25,949 nucleotides of DNA from a virus (Duplodnaviria > Caudoviricetes): positions 1 through 25,949 of IMG/VR virus record IMGVR_UViG_3300007229_000070, one strand, 5' to 3'. Position numbers and translations under genes: made by a program. Below the pieces are notes generated by a model that saw nothing but the letters and a program-made list of their open reading frames with translations, was not told the DNA's origin and did no database searches. Each line of letters begins with the position of its first letter. Position 1 is the stretch's first letter. Shown one piece after another: positions 17,448 to 25,700 of the stretch.

Positions 17448-17963
17448 ATGGGCGTAGAAACAATGGTCGCAATGACCTTAGTTCAAGGTGCAATGAAATA
17501 CCAACAAGGCAAAAGTAATGCCGATTCTATAAGAAATCAAAATGCCATGAATCAAGAAATGGCACAGTTCCAAAAAGAACAAATGGAAATACAGCAGCAA
17601 GAAGTTATCGAGCAAGGTGATAACGAAGCTTCACTAAGACAAAAACAATTAAGACAAATGTTAGGATCACAAAGAGTTGGCTTTGCCGGACAAGGCATTG
17701 AACTAGAGGGTGAACTTGGATCTTTACTAGAGAGAGATGCCAGAGAAGCCGCAAAGGGTGATGTTAAGGCAATTAAGAACAATGCATGGAAGAGATCAAT
17801 GGGAATCGAGATGGATCAAATGGACCTGGAGTTAGATACCAGGTTTAAAACAGTTCAGTCAGAGGCCAAAGCATATGATCAAGAAGTTCAAGGAACTATG
17901 GGTCTTGTTAACTCAGCAGTTTCAGCATATGGAATAAATAAACAATACGGCACAAAGAAATAA
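17448..17963 (+). CDS. Internal virion (ejection) protein, T7 gp14-like
   Basis: Small Q/A/M-rich helical protein with hydrophobic termini and GSQRVGFAGQGIEL motif. First gene after the nozzle. GGGAG RBS. Confidence 0.8.
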   Translation: MGVETMVAMTLVQGAMKYQQGKSNADSIRNQNAMNQEMAQFQKEQMEIQQQEVIEQGDNEASLRQKQLRQMLGSQRVGFAGQGIELEGELGSLLERDAREAAKGDVKAIKNNAWKRSMGIEMDQMDLELDTRFKTVQSEAKAYDQEVQGTMGLVNSAVSAYGINKQYGTKK

Positions 17964-17975
17964 TAAGGAGCATAT

Positions 17976-19739
17976 ATGCCTAGAATACCTACGCAAAACG
18001 AACCTAGAGTAAGAGAAGAAGTTACCAGAGTTGGTGGTTTTAAAAGTAGACTAGGTGATACGACATCTAGAGTTAACGCTGGTGAGCAATTGGCCGGAGC
18101 TGCACTCCAGGTGATGAAGATAAACGAGAATGAGTCTTTAAAAGCTGAAGATATTCAAGCTCAAGAATTTGCAAACAAACTGAGAAAGAAGAAAATAGAA
18201 CTTACAGTTGATAAAGACAAAGGCTATTTTAGAGAGACAGGTAAGGACGCAGCTAAGAACATGCAGAATTACTATAATGATTACGATAAATTCACACAAG
18301 AAGAAATCACAAACTATGGTGGTGGATCAGAGAGACTTAAGCAAAAGCTCCAACTACTTACTAAGAAAAACAGAAATGATCTTTATTCACAATTTTCTTC
18401 ACATGCAACAAAAGAAATTGAAAGATACGAGGACAATGTTTTTGAATCTACAATCGAGACTTTAACAAGTGAAGCTATTCTTAATCCCAACAAAATAGGG
18501 ACTAATATCGATGAGATAAAAAGTGCCATTTATGGAACTAAAGATCCCAAAACTGGTGACTTGATAATGGCCGATGGTAAGCCGGTAAACCAGGGACTTG
18601 TTGGAAGAAAAGGGCTTGATGAACAAACAGCAAAAAACATGTTTCAGCAAGCAACAACTAAACTACATACTTCAGTTATTACGAACATGCTAAACGCAGA
18701 CCAGGATCAAATAGCACTTGATTATTTTAACGCAGCGACTAATCCAAAAGTTGACGAGATTGAAGGATCAGCAGCAGTTAAGCTCAAGGCAGCACTTGAT
18801 AATGCATCGATCAGAGGGCAAGCACAGAGGGCGACAGATACCATTATGGGTGAAGGTCTACCAATGTCAGATGGACTAGCAAAGGCAAGACAGATTGAAG
18901 ATGCCGAAGTTAGAGATGAGGTAACGAGTCGTGTTAAAAATAGATACAATGAGCAAAAGCAAGTAGAGAGAATTGAGAAAGAAGAAAACTATGAAGCTAT
19001 TTTCTTACAAGTAGAGAAAACTATGAGCTTAGATGGTTTAGGGATGAGACTAGATAAATTAACGCATCAACAAAGAAATGGGATAAGAAAGTACTTAGAA
19101 AAAAAGGCAAGTGGCAAAGACATAGAGACAGATCTTGGAGTGTTTTACCAATTGCAGCAAATGTCAGGTGATAAGCCAACCGCCTTTAAAGATCAAAACC
19201 TATTGGAGTATAAGCATAAATTAAATGACTCACACTTTGTAAAGTTATCTACAATTCAAGCCGCACTTAGAAAACCTGGAGCTGGAGAAGAAGCAAGTAA
19301 ACTGTTGGACGGTATCCAAACTAAAAACAATATTGTTAACGGTGGACTTAAGGGCATGGGAATTAATTATAGTGGGAAAGTTTCTCAACAAGAAGCAGAA
19401 AAAGCAATATCTTTTAGGAAAAAAGTTGATGAGCTTATTACTGAAAAACAACTTGAAAAGGGACGTAAAGTATTAAACAATGAAGTACAAGAAATAGTAG
19501 ATAATCTGAGAGTCAAGTTGGTTATTGACAAAGATTACTTAAGTCCGGATGATACAAAATTTGCCTTTGAACTTAATCAGGAAGATATAGATCAGATGGA
19601 GTATGAAGAAATATCTAAAGATGACGTTGAAAAAATAAAGGAATCGTTCAAAAGAAAAAAAGGCATAAATGATCCTACAGAAAAGCAGATCTTTGAAGCT
19701 TATATCAAGAACTTAAATAAAAAGTTGGGAAGGAAATAG
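17976..19739 (+). CDS. Internal virion (ejection) protein, T7 gp15-like position
   Basis: MPRIPT N-terminus, G.QLAGAA, GKDA motifs, all-helical charged composition. AAGGAG RBS. Lies between the gp14-like gene and the giant ejection gene. Confidence 0.78.
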   Translation: MPRIPTQNEPRVREEVTRVGGFKSRLGDTTSRVNAGEQLAGAALQVMKINENESLKAEDIQAQEFANKLRKKKIELTVDKDKGYFRETGKDAAKNMQNYYNDYDKFTQEEITNYGGGSERLKQKLQLLTKKNRNDLYSQFSSHATKEIERYEDNVFESTIETLTSEAILNPNKIGTNIDEIKSAIYGTKDPKTGDLIMADGKPVNQGLVGRKGLDEQTAKNMFQQATTKLHTSVITNMLNADQDQIALDYFNAATNPKVDEIEGSAAVKLKAALDNASIRGQAQRATDTIMGEGLPMSDGLAKARQIEDAEVRDEVTSRVKNRYNEQKQVERIEKEENYEAIFLQVEKTMSLDGLGMRLDKLTHQQRNGIRKYLEKKASGKDIETDLGVFYQLQQMSGDKPTAFKDQNLLEYKHKLNDSHFVKLSTIQAALRKPGAGEEASKLLDGIQTKNNIVNGGLKGMGINYSGKVSQQEAEKAISFRKKVDELITEKQLEKGRKVLNNEVQEIVDNLRVKLVIDKDYLSPDDTKFAFELNQEDIDQMEYEEISKDDVEKIKESFKRKKGINDPTEKQIFEAYIKNLNKKLGRK

Positions 19740-19740
19740 A

Positions 19741-22700
19741 ATGGAAGATAACGGTTATAACGAGTATGATGAAGTAATAACTGGAAACGAACCAGAACAA
19801 CAAGAAGGGCCAGTCAATGAATATGATGATGTAGTCGATGGCATGTTAGGTGATCAGAAAAACGTGGTCAAAGAAACGATAAAGCTTGCATCAACTAAAG
19901 ATCCTTTAAGAAGTAAAGACGTATTTAATATATCTAAAAAGAATAACCTTCCATCTAATATTGTAGATAAAAACCTAGACCAATTTAAAGCCAAAGAAAA
20001 GGAAGACTCTTTTCAGTATGATGAACTATTGAAGATTAATCCAGGTTTATCAAAGTGGTTAGAAAATCCAGATCACGCAGCAATCGCACAGAAAGAAATA
20101 GAACCACTTAAGAGAGTTGAAAGGGCCGCATTTAAAATAAGAAAAAATAAGAAAGATGAAAGGTTCACAAAACAATTAGACTCAGCACTTTATACAGGTT
20201 GGAATCAGTTAAATACTTCAGCTCAATTTGTTATGTCAGCATATGGGGTTGGAAATAATAAAGATATAGCACAGAACATATCAAGCAATGCTAAGAGAGC
20301 ACAAGAGTTAAAAGGTCAAAAGCCAGAGTTTTCAAAAGAGTTCGACAAAGAAATGGCAAGTGATGTTAAAGATATTGATGAAGCCTTTGAACAATTTAAA
20401 GGATCATATGAAGAGTTAAGGAAAGGTAACATTATTGATGCCTTAACAGACTTTGCGGCCGGTGGAGCTAAGACAGTTGGTGAAACACTAGAGCTAGTTG
20501 GATCAGCAGTTATAAGACCGAAAGGACTTGTCTATTCATCTACAGAGTCATTGGCCAATTCTTTTCCTTCTATAATCACTGGTTTCGCTGGTATGAAGGC
20601 AGGGGCAATTGCAGGATCAGTTGTGCCAGTAAAGGGTACAGCTATTGGTGGAGCGATTGGTTTTGGAGTTGGAACTTTTGCAGGATCAGTCTTAACAGAG
20701 ATCGGTGGAGCAATATCAGAGGATCTTGCGGAGCGTGGGGTTGATTTAACAGATCCAATTGCAGTTGAGAAGATGCTTAATAACAAAGAGTATATGCAGA
20801 CAGTCATAGAAAGGGCACAAAGAAAGGGTATCGGTACAGCAGCGGTTGACGGCATATTTAACATGTTCGCTGGTAAGGCATTAGCTGGAGTTAAGAAGGC
20901 AGCAAAAGAAACTGGAAAAGCAGTTGGAAAAACGGCCCTTGTAAAAGCTGGAACTAAAGATGTAATTGCAGATATGGCCGGAGAAGGTATCGGTGAATTT
21001 GTAGGTCAAGTTGCAAAAGAGAAAAGCCTGAAAGGTGTATCAATCGGTCAAGCAATCCAGGAAGGGACGACTTCACTAGGTAGTTCAATAAACGATGTTG
21101 CCATTGGTGCAGCGAGCAAAATAAGACAAGAATTTATAGACGATCCAATTAAGTCAGCAGAGGACGTTGTTAATGATGCTCAGAATGCCATAGAATCGAT
21201 CCAGGAAATACAAGCGGTCAATGACTTAAGTATTGCTATAAAAGAAGCTAAGAACACAAGTGAAGCTCAAGACGCTATAAGAAACTTAGTAGAGAGTGCT
21301 AATGATGAAGGTGAATCAAGTTCGGTTTATTTCCAGGTGGATGATTTTAATAATTTCTGGAACTCAAAAGGTGAAAGTCCACTAGCTAAGGCATACGAGA
21401 TCAGTGACGAAGTTGGAAAATCATATGCAGAGGCGAGTGCCCTTGGATCAGATATTGAGATTCCAATTGGTGACTATGCTGAAACAATTGCAAAGACAGA
21501 TGACGCAGATGGTCTTTTAAATTCAGTTAAAACTAGATCAGATGGCATGAACTTAAATCAAGCAAATAAAACCATGAATGAGTTGCCATCGGTTATGAAA
21601 CAATTATCCGAACAAGTAGCAAAATTGCAGGATGATGAGTTTATTCAATCAGCAAAAGAAGTAAAATCTAGAGTTAAAGATCAATTAAAATTAGCTGGAA
21701 TGAATGACAAAGATGCGGAGCTACAAGCTAACCTATATGAAGGAAGAATCAAGACCAGAGCAATACTCAGAGGTAAAGATCCTTTAGAGCTATTCAGGGA
21801 GCAAAACCTTGAGATCAGAAAGACAGGGCAGCAAGTAGTTAGAGATAACACTACATATGACGAGATCCTGAAAAACAAGAAACTAAAAGAAGAGAATAAT
21901 AAGAAAGCCGGCATCAAAGAATTAAAGGTTGAGCAATTACAAGGTGAAGCTTTAACTTTAGCAGAACAGGCCATTGATACTGAAGTCGAACAGATGATAT
22001 ATGAGATATCACAATCAGAAAAAGGTAACAAGATCTTTACTGAAGCGGAGACAGGTGGAGCACCAATTGTTGATATGCAACAAAGTACTTTCCCTAAATG
22101 GTACAGAGAAGTTCAAGCCAAGAACAAGCAATCTTTTGGCAAGACAGCACTATCTAAAAAAGGTGCAGTTTATAAGAGAATCAGAACAGTAGCAATTGAA
22201 AGACTTAAAAACGGTTATGAGAATATACACTCAGGACAAGTTGAACCAGATCAGACATTCAAGGCATTACTAGGCATTCAAGAAGATAAGGCCAGCGATT
22301 TTGATTTATTTCAATCAGCATACCACGGGACTAAAGAAGACTTTAAGACCTTTGATTTTGATAAAGCAGAAAACACAAGACATGGTTATGGTGTATATTT
22401 TGCTGCAAACAAAGCCATAGCAGACATGTACAGAAAGATGAGAGTAGCGAGAAGTCCACAGAAAGTTGGCGATCGCAAGTCAATGGACCAGGTTAAGGAT
22501 ACTGAAGGCACAGTTAAAGAAGTTGATTTAAACGTGGAAAATTTACCTATTCTTGATTTAGATAAAAAAATTAGTGAACAGGGTGATATAATAAAGGAAA
22601 TTGCAAAGTCATATAAAGGTGTAAAGACTGGTAACGAATTATATAAAGCAGTTTCTAAAGAGTTGGGTGGTGACAAGGAAGCATCTCAATTCCTGGACAG

Positions 22701-25700
22701 TAAGGGAATATATGGAGCAACACTTGTAACACCAGACAAGTTTATAAAAGAAACCTTTGGTGACTCAGAAAGGTACTTTATTGCATACTCAGATAAACTA
22801 ATTAACAAGGACAATAACAATGAAGGAAGAGAAACTGGACAAAGAGAGAATGAACTTGCGATTCCAGAGATCACAACAGAGCTTGAGGGAAAACCAAAAG
22901 GCATCAAACACAACCAAGAAGCAAGACAAGTCGCAAGAGAATACCTCAAAGAAGCAGGAATTGAAGAAAGACAACAATCAGAATATGTAAAAGTGAATGT
23001 TCAAAGAGCTAAAAGAATATCAAAAGCCTTTGAAGAGATGAAGCATGATCCTGAAAACCAGGAAGTAAAAGAAGCATACCAGGCCATGATCGATGAGACT
23101 TTGGCACAATACCAGTCAATCAAAAATACCGGACTTAAAATTGAAATGATTACAGCAGATATGGAAAATCCGTATCCTAATGGATCACAAGATATGTTCA
23201 AAGATCTAGACAATGGCCACTTGTGGTTTTTCCCGACAGAGCAAGGTTTTGGATCAAGTGATCAAGTCCAGGATAATCCATTGTTACAACAAACAGATGA
23301 GTCAATAGACGGTTATCAATTAGCTGCAAATGATCTTTTTAGAATAGTTCACGATTACTTTGGACATTACAAAGAAGGATCTAGTTTTGGTCCTAGAGGC
23401 GAAGAGAATGCATGGCAATCTCACGTTAGGATGTACTCACCTAAAGCGGCCAGAGCAATGACAACGGAAACCAGAGGGCAAAACTCATGGGTTAACTATG
23501 GTCCTAAAGGAAAAGAGAATAGAGAAAATCCAGCTAACACTACTTTTGCAGATCAAAAAGTTGGGCTACTTCCTGAGTGGGTTCTTATTGAAGGTCAATC
23601 AAGTGATGCAGACAAAGCAGTTCCAGGAGAAAAAACAAAAGAAGAAATAAAAGACTTGTTCGTTACACATAACTTAAGCGAGAGAAATTTAAAACATGCA
23701 CTTAAAGTTGGTGGACTCGCAGTTCCATCGTTAGCAGTTACAAAGAAAGGTAAGTCACTAGAGAACTTTGGAGAGATATCACTAATAGCAAGACCGGACA
23801 TGTTAGAAACAAAGGGAGCTAAGACATTCAATGCAGATGTTTATAGCCCTAGATATCCATCAATAGATTACACAATACCTAAAGCTGGAAGAAAAAAATA
23901 TGAAGATATAGTTGGTAGTATAAATGAAGAGATCTTTAACGACAGTACAGATTATAATAAAATAGAGGGAAGTGGATTAAGAGCATTACAGGAAGATAAA
24001 GCTTTGATGTATGCATTCCTTGAAAGTAAAGGTATTGATCCAATTGTTGCATATGAATCAATTGAACCTGAAAAAGTTGAAGCGTATAGAGAAGCTGGTT
24101 TTGAAAAATTCTTTGGTGGACAGGGAATGCTTGACGCTCAAAATAAGGAGTTCGTAAAGCTAGTCAAAGAGTTTCATATAAATGAGCTAGGCAACAAAGT
24201 TGATCAGGAAGATATCTCAGATATCCAGGAAGCACTAGATGATCCTAGAGGTCATTATCTTGATAGAGTTTTATATTCAGTTAAAGAAGATATGGGACTT
24301 ATCAATGATACACAGGAAATAGATAAGAGAGAAACCGAAACTAATATTAAAAAACAAATATTCGATGATCCAACACTCACTGAAGAGTTCGACCAATATG
24401 CCTCAGATGTATATGATACACTGGATATAAAAGAAAAGGTCTTCAAAGATACCAATCCGAACACTGGAGCAATTAGATACATTCCTCATACATTAGATAA
24501 TGTAGTTAAGTTGATGAAGAAATCACTAAGAGATGGTGAGAATTTCAATTATGGAGTTGGTAGCATTAGATCAAAAGTTGCAAAGCAATTTAAGTCTATA
24601 GAGGAAATGGGAAAAGACAGGGACAAGGTTGTTTCCAAGGAAGAGTTCGAGGCTATCAAAGAAGAGATCGATAGAGAATTTGGTGACCTGTTTGATAAAG
24701 TACAAGCTGAAGTTAAGCACTATGATGGTTGGGGTTCACTTGATTTATTCTCTGAACACTTAAAAGAAGTTGCCGAAACAAATATCAATTCACTGGACCA
24801 ATACTATAACTTATCAGATGAAACGAAACAAGAAGTCGTGGACTTCCTGGACAAGCTTAAGAATATGGAGACAGAATACTTTGAGTCTAAAGTTCAAAGG
24901 GCAGTAGATATAGACGAGTTCCAAGCTGCAATCATTCCAGAAAATACAAGTGACGAAACTAAAAAGATACTTAAAGGCTTAGGTTTAGATATCGTAGAAT
25001 ATAACGATGATAATAGACAGGAAGTTACTGAGAATTATACAGACTCACAAGCAGAAAAGATTTTATTCCAAGGTGGCAAACAAGATCCTAAGGGCCAGAT
25101 AAGTGTAGGTAAAGACTTTTTTAGAATCGACTTATTAGCAAAAGCAGATCCTTCAACATTCCTACATGAAACAGGACATTTATTCCTGGAAGAGATGAGG
25201 GAAGACTACAACTTTATAGTTGCTCAAGGAAGTAATAGGACCGAAGTACAGCAGAAGTTTATGGAAGATGTTAGTGCTATTCTAACTCATTTAGGAGTTG
25301 AATCATTTAACGCTATTGAAACAAAACACCATGAGTTATTTGCAAGAACTTTTGAGTCCTATCTTATGGAAGGTAAAGCACCGACCAAGGAACTACAAAC
25401 AGCATTCTCCAGGTTTAGAGCGTGGTTGATAACTGTATATAGAGAGATCAAAAACTTAAATGCACCTTTAACAGATGAAGTTAGAGGTCTTATGGACAGA
25501 ATGCTTGCCACTGAAGATGAGATAAATGCAGCAATTAAAGAACAGGGAATTAAGAGTCTCATAACTAAAGAGATGGAAAGTAAAGTTGATAAAAATAAAC
25601 TTAAGACATACCAGGAATTAAGAGACTTGTTTAGCAAGGAAGCTAAAGATAAAATGAGTATTAACCTTGCGAAGTCATGGAAGAAAGAGCAAGAGTTATT

